Source of the DNA: Podarcis melisellensis
Lineage: Eukaryota
NCBI GenBank assembly: GCA_964234715.1
Contig: OZ174277.1
Strand: one strand, 5' to 3'
Length of the DNA: 64,000 bases
Within the stretch, counting starts at the first letter, position 1, and each line of letters begins with the position of its first letter. Made by a program: the position numbers and the translations under genes. The notes below the pieces were generated by a model, which saw only the letters and a list, made by a program, of their open reading frames with translations, was not told the DNA's origin and searched no databases. Of the stretch, positions 26,703 through 39,110 are shown one piece after another.

Positions 26703-29244
26703 GTGAGAGGGATGCTACTTGTAAAAAACAACAACACTTTGTGTTCTTGTTGAGACTTCTGTTTGCGTTGGGCGGCCACCCTAGAGCCTGAGAGGAGGAG
26801 AGGTTTTATTATATTACCAGACCTCTCTCCCACTTCTACCTCCTCAGCGGACAACTGTTGACACCAAAGAGAGAAAAAGGTCTTGCCATGTTCTCTTCTT
26901 TCATCTGAAGGGTGGTGAAAGTGTAGTAGAGATAGGAAAGTGTACTAGAGATAGTGACTAGAAATATGAAAACTGGGAGGGGGGGAGTAGTGTTCCTCTC
27001 ATCTCCCCCGCCCCCAAGGACTTGTTTACAATTTCCCCAAGAAACTGGAAATTTTGGGGAACACTGAAAAGCCTCTCAATGACATTTTTTCTCCTTTAGA
27101 TTGAGTGAAATGCCTCTGAATATTTTTGTGTGAGAGTCGGTCTACAGCATAATAATCCTGGCACATACAATATTCAAATCCAAGATGTGTTTCTGTGCTT
27201 AGAAGGTGCTGCCACCTTTCCCGAGAGAAACGTGTGGGCTTCTGTTGCTTGTAAAGTGCTGCTTCCCTTCTTCTGGCGACTTTAGGTCAAGTTTGGAGAT
27301 ACCAGAAAAAAGTATACTGCTTCGGCTGTCCTTTGGGTCTTGCAATTGACATCTTCACCTTTTCTCTCAAACAAGAGTGACATAGACATTGTGGTACACC
27401 CTGGGGAAAACAGCAGGCTTACTTCCCTGCCCCGCTGGATGATAAGAAGCTCAGAAGGAGATAGAAACCTATCTCTGTGTAAATGATTGTGATGATGATG
27501 ATAAGAAGTTCCTATTTCCACCTGGAAAGTTAAGAGCTCCACGAAGAAGGGCAAATCTTGCTGAGGACTGAAAAAGCACTTGGTTTGCAAGTGATCAGAC
27601 CATGTTATGAGACCTATAGCACCATATAGTAGTAAGCTGCCTGTGCTTCATGAATGCACTGCCTCTTTTGTTTTTTAAAAATGTTTGTCGTTGCTTGAAA
27701 ATGCTGAAACATCTGGCGAGGAAGTACAATTTGAGAAGAGTTTGCAGGGTGAATGTGGTGTTTCTTTCGTGCTCAACAAAGAAAGGATCAAAACTCTTGA
27801 GATTTCCTGTGTGCTTTCTTTCCTTAAATCATTTATTAGTGGCTCTCTCTTCCTCTGAATTCCTGGATAGTTTTAGGGAGCTGTGGCTGTGCAGCCGAAA
27901 GCAGTCTGGGAAATGGTGCCTCCAGCCTTTCCTTTGTATGCACTACTATAGTTAATTTCAGAGCTTCTGCCGGGGAAACGACGTAAGAAGCACAAGGAAA
28001 ATAACCTAGAAGGGAGAAAGGAAAGGGCAGTTCTTTTGGGAAAGCTTCATCCCACACATCTATCTGCCAACCTCAGGCTGGACTCTTGTGTGGATTCTGG
28101 CTGAGTTTGATTTTTCTGGTGTGCCCCAGGCAGCTTCTCAGTTAATATAGCCCAGTACATGGCTTATTAAAACTATCCTTCCTTGCATGCAGAGGAAACA
28201 GGCAGCTAGATGAAAGAGAGACTTGCATGCCTTTGGATGTCAGTAAGAATGGGTGCACAATGGATTCATCCCTATGATTTTTTAAAAATATATACTTCCA
28301 GCACAGTATCCAGACAGGGAAGGCTTACACCAGACCTTGCAGTGAGATATGTGTGCCTCAGATGTGAATCTTAGGGTACACACACAAGTTCTTTGCAGTT
28401 GCTACACAAGAAGCAAGGGAAATAGATGTGCAAAACACACATCCCTTCTCACATTTGCCCTATGAAATCTGAAGATACCCTAAGCAGACAACTCAGTTGA
28501 TCTGTTCTGGTAGATAAAAAATATGCTGTGGGTGAGTACTGGTGTTCTGAATAAGAGACTGTGGCAGTGTTTGGTAAGAAAACAAGTCATTAAAATATAA
28601 TATCATTTCTTGTGTGTGTGCGTTGAGTGTGGGACTTTCATGTCAGGGCTGGTTGTTCTTAAATGTGCTCAGAGACTGACTAGCTCGTCATGTGAAGACA
28701 TCCAGGTATAGAGCGGTATATCAATTCAATAAATAATAATAATAAATAATGTGAAGCTCCTCCGTTTGGATCATCAAACTCTTGGCAATGATTCTGTTGT
28801 TGGATTAAACAAAAAACTTCTGGGGGAGGTGGGCCATTTTAGTAAAGGAACCACAAACTAGAAGGACAGTGATGTGCCGTTATTCTTTTTGTACACTCAT
28901 TTCTTGGTGATTCCACTTGCACTGGTCTAAAAAAAGTTTTAAAGTTTTTTTTTAGGTGGCTCTGAGCATGGGTTATACTGATGCTCAAAATGGGACATCC
29001 GGGAGTTGTTCTCCCCTGTGCTATCTTCTGGCTGTTGCTTGAAACTTGGCTCGCTTGCTTGCTCTGTAAACACTTCCCTGCCCTTCATCTGTTTCTTCGT
29101 AAGGCATATTGTGGATTTGGAAGACTTGGTAACATGGCTGCTGGAGAGAGAGTGTGTTTGTTTTTAAATTGCTATTTTCATCCAAATAGACAAAACAGAA
29201 GTATTAGTATGGATATAGATATGCACACATATATACACAATTCT

Positions 29245-29307
29245 TTCCTTCCTTCCTTCCCTCCTTCCTTCCTTCCTTCCTTCCTTCCTTCCTTCCTTCC
29301 TTCCTTC
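29245..29307 (+). repeat. (CCTT)n microsatellite
   Basis: Direct reading, one interruption. Confidence 0.95.
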
Positions 29308-29873
29308 TTTCACCCTGAGGTACCTTTAGTCATATCTTTGTAAAAGTGTCATGGATACCAGCACAAAATTTTAAAAAGAGCTGACGGTTCTCTGTACTGT
29401 CAACAAAAAAGCACTGTGCATACATATATAAAATCCATATTCCCATTCCATGGTGTAGCTTACATAGCCAAATCGAATGTAACAGTTATAACTGCATATA
29501 AGGGAGCAACTGTAGCCCCCAATCTGTGTTCCTGGAGAGAGTAAGGATTGGGCGGAGGTTTCCCTTTGCCAGTGATGGTGTTGGGTCTTCCACTGCTGTG
29601 GCCACTGGAAGCTCAGGCAGTTGTGAAGTTACCAGTGGTGGGATTCCTGCCAGCATTAGTCAGCCCAAACCCCTATAATAGGGTGTTAAAAGGGCAGGGT
29701 AGGGGTGGAGCAGGTCTAGCACTGGAACTCCCAGATCCTCAGCCATTCTCAGAAGAGGGCTTTTTGCTGTGCCAGCCTGGAGCTGTTAGAACAAAAAACA
29801 ACCATCAAGAAAACCACAAACTAAACCAGAGATTAATCCATTTATAATATGAATCAATCAACAGTCTCTCATC

Positions 29874-29908
<35 letters not shown>

Positions 29909-29957
29909 CCCACCCAACTGACTGAGTTGCCCCAGCCACTCTGGGTGACTTCCAACA
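29874..29957 (-). repeat. (AAT)n microsatellite plus L2-like 3' terminus
   Basis: AAT run followed by accccacccaactgactgagttgccccagccactctgggtgacttccaac, a LINE tail on the minus strand. Confidence 0.7.
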
Positions 29958-30009
29958 AATCAATATAATAGGCTCATAACAACTCATCTCTCTGCTTTAT
30001 CATATAGCC

Positions 30010-30400
30010 TCTAACACCTGCTCGTTTATACCACAATAGTTATTTTTTGCACTTCCAATATTGAACAAAACTTATCCCACTGTTCCAGTGACTCATTTTT
30101 GCATAATCCATCCTTCCCAAAATATTTTAAAACAGGAACTCTTTAACGTCACTGTTCTATGCCAGGTATTACTTTCACACTCTTTTACAGATGGTAATTA
30201 TAATTTTTTTCTTCCATATTTTACCCATTAAAATTGATTTTGGCAATATTTTTCTCCTTTAAAACTTCATACTGAAACTTACAGTTTTGCCAACTGAAGA
30301 ATCATTGGCTCATAGTTACCTTATACCCATTACAGTATATTCTGGATAGTTATAACTGACCAATTTTTTTAATATATTTGCAAAACCACCAAATACGTCA
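30010..30400 (-). mobile_element. Probable degenerate L1/Tx1 LINE ORF2 3' fragment
   Basis: A-rich minus strand with remnants such as KIWKKK.LPSVKE and WDKFCSIL. Heavily decayed. Confidence 0.35.
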
Positions 30401-30424
30401 AAAGCCTGCAAAGTCTTGACAACC

Positions 30425-30749
30425 CCATCCTCACCATGCATTTGAACCATTATTCTACCACTTTATAAGTCATGATTCTGCCAAAGAGTTCAGGAAAATG
30501 TAGTTTGTTAAGGCTGTTGAGGGTTGTTAGGAGACCCCCATTCCCCTCACAGAGCTACAGTCCCCAGAATATTTGAACAGTCAATTCCTTTTCCTAAGGA
30601 CCTCTGGGACTTGTAGCTTGGCGAAGGGAATAGGAGTATCCTAAAACTCTCACCACTCTAAAAAACTACATTTTTTTCAGGACTCTTTAGGGGAAATCAT
30701 GACTGTTAAAGTGGTATAATTGTGATGTAAATGTATGGAGCAGATGTGG
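30425..30749. mobile_element. Foldback MITE, family B copy 2
   Basis: Extended inverted repeat across nearly the whole element (accactttataagtcatgatt / aatcatgactgttaaagtggt; cccctcacagagctacagtccccag / ctgggacttgtagcttggcgaaggg). Confidence 0.75.
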
Positions 30750-30771
30750 TCATCTTGCCCAACATGATACC

Positions 30772-30907
30772 CAGGGCTTTTTTGCAGCCAGAACTCACTG
30801 GAACTCAGTTCTGGCTCAGTTCTGGTGGGTGCCATTGCCATTATAAGAGAAAAAGGAAGGTGTTCATGGTGATTTCTAGCACCTCTTTTTCTAGAAAAAG
30901 AGCACTG
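30772..30907. mobile_element. hAT-like MITE
   Basis: TIR-like ends CAGGGCTTTTTT / AAAAAGAGCACTG. TSD not convincing. Confidence 0.55.
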
Positions 30908-31887
30908 ATGCATTTGATAATGTAATCTCAAAGGTGCAAAATACAATAAGTACAACAACTTACAGGTATTTTCTCTTGCCGTTACACCCCAAGAATGCAT
31001 AGGATCATTCCTACAAACCTTTTTACATATTATTAATTACAATTATCTTGTTTGGACATATTTCTCTTTACAACGACTCACAAATGGGCATCTGGATACC
31101 GTACACAATTAAATCTGTTGCTTCAACCACCTTTTACAAAAATAAATTCTGCTTAGTCCTTTCTGCTTCCAGAAATTACAGTATACGCTACCTTGCTCAA
31201 AACAGTTCACAGAATAGAAGGATGGATTCATTGATCCTATTTGCAACAAGAGGAAGTCTGGATGATCTTCTGGTTAGTTCCTGTCCTAGAAACCTTATTT
31301 CACATACCCACTAGAAATAACTGTATGATAGAATAGCAACTATCACATTCCATTGACTAGCCAAGTTTGGTGACCTATGATAGGAGCATATCTGAACCAG
31401 CAGTTTCATAGGATCAGGTAACTGTGTTAAGTTTATACTATTGTATAGCTAAGATGAGACAGAAAAGTTTGTGTGCACAATGTCACACTCATCTGTATGA
31501 CTTCTGCCATCTCAACTTCGTGACTGCATACGGGTCTTTAAAATGAAGCTTAGACAGTTGGTTACATTAACAAGTGGAGTAAAAGTGAATTGCAGACTTA
31601 ATAGTTTAGGCTTTACAGTCCCTGGTTCTACACATTTACTCAACGTTTACTGATCAATAAATTGGACGCATACGAACCCTGCATAAATCACTTGTTGACA
31701 GGCAGGCTGTAAATGCCATTGTTCATGCCGCTTAGCAACCATTCTCCAGGGAGGTGTTTTTCACAGGGGTATTGGTCTCCTAGGTATTTATTTTACTCAT
31801 CCAGTTCATATATTACACATTCCATTGCATACTGTTATGTGAACACCATGTTCTGAGCTGTATAGTCAGCTCTAGTGAATTTGTAGT

Positions 31888-32000
31888 AGAATCATAGAAC
31901 ATCTAGTCCAACCTTCTGCAATGCAGGAATCTTTTGCCCAGGGGCTCAATCCAATGACCCTGAGATTAAGAGTCTCATACTCTTACCAACTGAGCTATCC
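31888..32000 (-). mobile_element. Squam2-like SINE (tRNA-Lys head + CR1 tail)
   Basis: Minus strand ggatagctcagttggtaagagtatgagactcttaatctcagggtc...aaagattcctgcattgcagaaggttggactagatgttctatgattct. Confidence 0.8.
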
Positions 32001-34141
32001 TAAGTGGCTTTATATGTGATCGGTCTCATGAAATACATTCTCTGAAACAGATTTTCTTGAAGCAAAAAGGCAAGTGGAACCTAACACAAGCAGTGCAACA
32101 TTGCTGAGAGCTCCCAATTAGTATGCTGCTTGACCAAAATGTTGACATATCCAATGCTGCATGCCTAACTTGGCATGGCAGCCTCAAAAAGTTAGTCTGG
32201 AAAGTCCTTTGGAAAGATATTTTAAATGGAAACAGGAGGTCAAGGGGACTGATAAGTTATGGAAAACCATACCTTGCAGGAGGAAAGAAAGAATCATCAT
32301 AAACTAGTGGGGCATTTTTTTAATGATCCAAAAATCAAAATGGAAACTTCGGCAAGATAGCACTAAGTGCAGATTAGTAAGAAGGACTCTATTGGTGGTG
32401 CAGAAGAGTAAGGGCAAGAAATAAGGAACTCATTTTGTTGACTAATGAAATTCATTTCATATGATATAGGTGGACTTTGCAATATAGTTTATCGTCCCTC
32501 AGCTGTCAAGTGACGTGAAGAAAAAGATAGCCTGGCTCAGTTTTCTGCTTAAAGCAAAAGGGAAAGTCTGTTCTCCCCAGCCCTGTCAAAGGCCCTATTT
32601 AAAGCTGCTATGTCCTAAATGAATCATCCTAGAATTCTGTATCCGCTTTTCTAGGAGTAAGTTCCATTGCACTTAGTTAGGCTTACTTCGGAGCACGCAT
32701 ATATAGGATTCCAATTTTGTTCTGGGCTTCACCTGTGGACCCACCTCAAACTGCTGGTTTGTGTTTGTTTGTTTTTTACCCACCAGATCAGAATAGTTTC
32801 CTGGTAAAGACCGGGTGTGTGTGTGTGTGTTATCCCTTCCCAGCAAGGATCCTGTTTCCCAAAGGGTCATTGGTAGGGAGTTGGCTTTTGCCCCACACAC
32901 CGGGGATTTTGAGGGACACAACCTATTCTCTCTGGGAGAGAATTGTTTCAACTGACTGCCTAGGGGAAGGCACAGATCTGCATAAAAAACAGTTTGTAAT
33001 ATTCACCTCAACATTCTTCCAAATCACTGTGATTGGAGAGAACTCAGGGTGTTTCCCTAGTCAGCTTGGTTTCACTTTTTAAAAAATGCAATAGTTGCTT
33101 TAATCAAGGGAGAAAAATAGGGTTGTTTTTAAGTGCAGCATTTTTGGTGCCCCTGAATCCACAGAATGATTCGGAGCATTAAGGGAATCCCTGATACATT
33201 GTGAAGACCTCAGGAGAATAACTCCTATTCACCTAGTAATTTGTGAAGTACGCTGAGCTAATGCACACTTCTACTATTTGCATATTCAAGGTTTTGTTGA
33301 AGTAGTGGATTATCAAATATGTGAATGAAACCTTTTGGAAACCTTTTAGAGTGTAAGTTCAAAAGGCAGAATATGCTGGCCGTTTCCAAATATTCAAAGG
33401 CATTCCAGGAAAATGAGAGGAACAGCTGTTTGCCCTAGCTGGTGAATAAAGGACAAGAAGCACTGATATTTAAACTACAGGGCAGCTGAGCATTCGGAAC
33501 AAGCTGCCTGGAGAGTGAAATCTCCTTCCCTGGAAGACTGGACATACATCTTGTCAATGATATTCTGCATATAAGATTGTTTCGGGAAAGGGAGTTGCAG
33601 GAGATGTATTGATTCATAATATTGCCATCCCATCTTCCTTCTGTGGCACTCAATGTAGTGTACATAGGATTCCCATGTGATTTCCCTTTGGGCCATGCCC
33701 TGACCAGATCCAAAGTTGCATAAGTTGCAGTAATGTTATGGCATCACACATCTTCAAGCTGTGCCCTATACTTTGTAGGTTTATGGCCCAGCAGTAAGGG
33801 TTTTGGGGGGGAGGGGGTTGGGGGACTTGCATTGGTGAAATTGGGATGTTTGTTTTTATGCCTGGCTGCTGCACAGGGAGGTGGGTGGATGGGATTCAGG
33901 ACTGGAGAGGGAAGGAAGGGTTAAATGTTGCCTCTCGGTGTGCTGTAATTCTCCCCTCCGCCTCAAAAATACCGTAATCATCTCCTGTATTGCATGTAGG
34001 CATAGAGGAAATTGGACAGGACTGTTTGCATGTACGAACCAATCCTAACATTATTTGATGGAAACACTGGGTCATATTAAAATCTGACAATCTCTTTCCC
34101 TCCCTCTTCCCCTTCCTCTTCATGTTTCCTTCCAAATCCAG

Positions 34142-34274
34142 GGAGAAACCAAAGTCCTGAAGCTGAAAAACCTGCGACCCCAAGACTATGCCAGTTACAC
34201 ATGTCAGGTGTCTGTTAGAAACGTTTGTGGCATTCCTGACAAGTCAATCACCTTCGAACTTACGAACACAACAG
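34142..34274 (+). CDS. MDGA1: MDGA1 coding exon 5 (second part of Ig2), 133 nt, phase 0-1
   Basis: Long pyrimidine tract then atccAG|gga, donor acag|GTAAGT. GETKVLKLKNLRPQDYASYTCQVSVRNVCGIPDKSITFELTNTT. Not in the ORF track on this strand. Confidence 0.96.
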
Positions 34275-35064
34275 GTAAGTGAGAGACCTCCAATGGGTGA
34301 TGTCAGTAGGAAATGTGTCAGCATATGAGTCCCACCCATGAAGATCAGCAGCAGGAGGGAAGGAGGGATATTTGAGCAGGAACTTACATTTTTACTGTGA
34401 ATTCAAGTTGGGAATCTTCCTACAACTGATTCTAAGTTCACATTTCCACACGTTATAAGACTTCTTTAAAGTGTGTTTATGAGACAAAATGTTACACCAG
34501 AAGGGGCTGTGGGACAGATCAAATCATACAAGATATTGCTTTCCTTCAGCTCTGCTCCAGTATGGGAAATGAGTCTGTTTGGGAGGAAAGTGCTGGGGGA
34601 TTGCAGGGAAATAAGCTTTGCAGGGAGATAATACTTTGGGCCAACATCTCCTTCCCACTTGTCCAACACTTTTGCTCTTAAAGCCCAACCATCCTGCTGC
34701 TGCTCTATATACGTTTGGTGTATGACTAAGGGTTCTGCCACTGTCATTGAGGTCTTTCTTAATGTTAGAACCTTCATTCCCTTTTGCAAGGATGTCTGAC
34801 TGGAGAATGGAGAATAGACAGTGCAACTCTAAAGGCACACATGCCTTTGATTTGAAACAGAGAGAATCCTGTTTGACTTGAACATTGCTATTATTCTTAA
34901 GAAGTATATGTAAAAACACCATAAGAAAATTGTCTTTAAATATCTACTTCCCCCACCTCTACCACCACTGCAATTTCCCATGACTGCATTCAGGAAAGGT
35001 CCTTTTGTCCTTACGGAATCTTTCCCCTCATGAATTTTGTATTGGTGCCTATGACCTGTGAGTA

Positions 35065-35445
35065 GGGGCCAGGGAGAAAAAATAAATTCAGTTCACATTG
35101 AAAGGCAAACGTTCCTAATTCGTGCTTTCCGAAGCAATACACAAACCAAAACATGGTCATCTTTTGAAATTCGCACTTCTCCGAATTTTGCAATGTCTAC
35201 TTCTCCAGTGAAGTTATGTGTAAATTATATATATATGCATCTACTGGAATTAAGGGTGCTTCTAAATGCACATAATAGTGAAAATAACATACAAAAGCAC
35301 ATTATATTACAGGAAATTGCCTTAGAAAAAAACTTGTTATTAGGAAAATTACATGAAAACATGTGCACTAAAAGAAATTCACACTAAAATGCTGGCGACT
35401 TTTCATGAGGACTTTTTGAAAACAATTTGCAAAGTGGTGTGGAGT
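35065..35445. mobile_element. Dispersed DNA-transposon-like repeat (family A, copy 3, inverted)
   Basis: Reverse-complement similarity to 3055-3465 (acttctccgaattttgca; ttttcatgaggactttt). Confidence 0.7.
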
Positions 35446-38299
35446 ACTGACTTTGATTGTCATGGTTGTCACTCAGACCATGATGACAGATGCTCTTACT
35501 TAATACTAAGGAAGAGAACTTTACTGAGGCTGATTTAACAGGCAAAGAGTCACAGCAGCCTCAAAACTCGGACTAGGCAATGGGAACAGCGTGACTAGCT
35601 GGGCTAGAAGAAGAAGCCCATTTTGAAGGAATCCAAGATCAGGGCAAGGAATTAAGAACTGCATAGAAGCAACAGAGTTGTTTAAATAGATTGACACACT
35701 CACCTGCCAAGTTTCAAAGGTGAGGTAAGCTTCCTTGGGAGACTCCTGTGCCTTGAGGAAATGTCAAGTGTGCATCAAGAATGATGGGTCTATTACTAGT
35801 GGTGGTCCTGGGTGACCAGACTGTGCCCTTCTGACACCCTGGACGGGAAGGTGGGATTCCCACCTCTCCATCCAGAGCTGCAGATACTTGCCTTCTGCAG
35901 CCTCTGTTCTCTGGTCTCAGTGTCCCTCGCCCATTTCATCCTCTTGTTCGTCCCCCCTTGTTTGTCACAGCCTGCCAATCCAAGCCTGAGCCCAATGATA
36001 CCTTGGGTCTCTTTACATTAAGAAGAGAAATATAAGAAACCAAAATGGACAAATTTGGCCATCCCTATCTGTGGGATGATCTTATATATGCAAAACATGT
36101 GTTCTACCAGAGAACTGTGGCCCTTGAGGAATAAATTATTAGCATAAGGCTTTAGGATAGCTAGCAAGACTTTAGGAGCAATACTGGATAACAAATTGAG
36201 CATGACTTAACGAGACAATGATTTAGCCAGAGAGTTGAAAAGCCTAATTCCAGCATGTATATATATATTAAGGCATCCTATCTAAGACATAGAAGGTAGT
36301 CACGATACTACTCTGCCCAGTAATGGTTAGATACCCCCCACCCAATGCATCATGTTCACTCCCAAGTCTTTTTGTCCAGAAGAGTGTTAACAGAAAGTAA
36401 AGGAGTGTGCTACAAAGATGGGGAGTGGAAAGGCAGGAAAGAGACTTAGAAAGCAAGCCAGGAAAGCTAGTGCAGAGGAATGGCTAAGAGATTGAACTGT
36501 GAACCTGGCACTTCCTAGGCAGCTCTAATAGCTGAACATTAGAAAGATCTTCCTAGCTGTAAGAGTACTTCGCTGGGGAATGAGCCGCCTGGGAAGTTTC
36601 TTCCTCAAAGGGGTCAAGCTAAGCTTGGCCAGACGTTGTAACTTCAAGGCTGCAGGACTCCTTTTCATAGCATACATTTATCTAGAGAAACCACCACCTT
36701 TTTGTTCTGTACTTTCACTCACTAAACCATTAGAATCAGTGTTGCCTCCATAACCTTGGGGGGGGGGGAGACGTGTAAATCACCTGTTACTGCCCTTCTT
36801 GGGAATACGAAAGAGAGTCTGTTAAGGGGTGACTGAGCTCTAAAAGAAGTTTGCCCCTTCATCCTTCCCCCTTGTATTCTTTTATTCATGGCTTTACAAT
36901 TATGAGGCGTCAAGGGCCAGCTACAGGACTGTTGTTAGCCCAGAACCTTGCATTTTAGGTACCATGGCTGTGGGTGGAGGCAATTAAGGGTGCTGTGCCC
37001 CCCCCCCTGATTTCAGATAGGATAAGCAGCACAGCCAGTGAATTCTCCTGCAGTTAGACTGCAGCAAATTGGACTTCAAAGGGAATTGAAAGTGACTCTT
37101 GCTTGTGTTGCCCCCCTCCCTTTCCACGACAGACTTTGCCAGCAAGTTTTCTGAGCCGAGAACAAAAGGAATCGCCACAGGTTACAAATAAATGAGATTC
37201 ATCTGCTGCATAACAATGACTGCATATTGTTAGCCTCCATCCGCTAGCAAGGGAAGGATGTGAATGGAGGTGGGCCCCAAAGCTGGTTTTGGATTTTGCG
37301 CTGTCTAGCCAGAGCTCTTTTGCCTGAAGAGGTGCTGCTGGCACTTTTACAAGGTGCAGGTGGCAGTTTTACAGGCACTTCCCCTCCCAGTCATACATAT
37401 AAACAAGCTGCCCCAAGGCACCGCCGGTACCATCAGGTCACATTTTCTGACATTACCGAGAAAGATAAAATAAAATGTTGTTGCTCAGCAGGATTCTAGC
37501 TGTTAAGGCTGAGAAACTGACATAAAATAAAAAGTATAATTTTGAATTCTTGTCTAAACCAGAGCTTCAGAGACATTCCCCCTCCCCCACTCCATTGCAG
37601 GGCACAGTATGTTGAGAAAAATGCTACTTGGAGCCTCTTCAAGGGCAACAACCTGCGTCTTTTCCCACAGGATGAACTGCATCCTGATTGATCCATGTTG
37701 GTTTTCAGAAATGAAGACTATCTGTAGCCCATAGCTGTAAAAGAATTATTTTATTTGCAATGAGGAAAATAAGAGAACTATAAATTCAACGAAAAGCAGG
37801 AGAAATCCCACACTTGTGGTTATTTCAGGTTATTTATTATTTAATTATTTGGTTCAATTTGTATTCCGACCTTCATCCAAAGATCGCAAGGAAACTCACA
37901 ACATAAAAATACAAAATTAAAAAATGTTGGGGGCCAACGAGAAGAGAAAATGCTCGGTTTAAGATGTCATCATTTGGTCATGAATTTGGGTAGATGTTCT
38001 CTTTATACCATATGAAGGCTTTTAGAAAATATTAGTAACACACCAGTTATATTCTCACATTCCAGGGTTGCTTCGAATGTCCATCTGCCATACGCAAAGA
38101 TACAGATGGTACTGGTTGTTCAGTGTCAAACAAATTGATAAATGAAGGGCATTTTCGTTTACATGTAAAATCAATGCACAGCTGAAAGATAAATCTGTGA
38201 GCCTCTTCTAAGTGGTCCATTATCCTCTGATCACTATTCAGAAAAGTCATATCTGAACAGGAGTTCGTGGAAACGGTGCTGTTTACTACACCTAACAAA

Positions 38300-38750
38300 A
38301 ACCATCCATAATTTCAAATGAGGTACAGATGTGTTCAAAGCCCCATTATAACCATCTTCTTTTCTACAAGCAAAACAGATCCTGTTCATTCAGCTTCTTC
38401 TCTTAGAATTTTCTTTCTAGACTCTTTAGCATCTTTGAAGCTCTCCTAGGGTCATCCAGGTCTATCTCTGTGGTGCTGATTTGAGGACGTCTCTGTCATC
38501 GCATGGACCAATGACATATGAGTTCACACCATCTTTTAAAATCTAAAAACTTTAACAGGATTGGAAAACAAAAGAACCAAGTGCAACACCTCAGCTATGG
38601 TGTAGAGTGGCATCATAACTTCTTTGTTCTTTGACATAAGTATTGTGTTAATACAACATAAAGTGATGTTGGCCGTTCAAACTGCAAGGCCACATGGCTT
38701 TTTCATGTTCAGTTTGTTATCCACAATAATCCCTAAATCTTCCTGAGAAA
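38300..38750 (-). mobile_element. Old CR1 LINE ORF2 fragment
   Basis: The minus strand translates EDLGIIVDNKLNMKKPCGLAV*TANITLCCINTILMSKNKEVMMPLY, matching CR1 DLGV.VD.KLNM..QC....KAN..LGCI. Confidence 0.75.
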
Positions 38751-38894
38751 TGCTGCTGCTACCTAAGATACTACGTACTCAAGCCTTAGGGCCCTCTTCT
38801 TGTGTAGAAAGGAATAAGGACCTTTGTAAGTAGAAGAGAGTATGAAGTTCCCTGATAAATATCAGGAGCCTCTTCAATAGAGGCAACTAAGACT

Positions 38895-39110
38895 CTTATG
38901 GCCCCATCAAAGAAGAACAAAGTGTATATGGCATAAGCTTTTGTGGACCAAAGTCCACTTCATCAGATACATGGTAATTGTAAATTGGCAGGCTTTTATA
39001 CACTTGGTGGTGGGAAAATGTACATGAGTAGGGTCAGAGTAAAACAAAATGCAAAAAGAACAGCTTCAATGGCAGTTACCTAAAAGCAAAATAATTAGCG
39101 AACCGTTTAC
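38895..39110 (-). mobile_element. Penelope-like element terminal-repeat remnant containing a decayed hammerhead motif
   Basis: Minus strand gtatctgatgaagtggactttggtccacaaaagcttatgcc, the typical end motif of vertebrate Penelope pseudo-LTRs. Boundaries are approximate. Confidence 0.65.

Noticed and set aside
31930-32000. tRNA-Lys-like sequence on the minus strand
   Set aside because: The T-arm is degenerate and it is fused directly to a CR1 tail, so it is a SINE head and not a tRNA gene.
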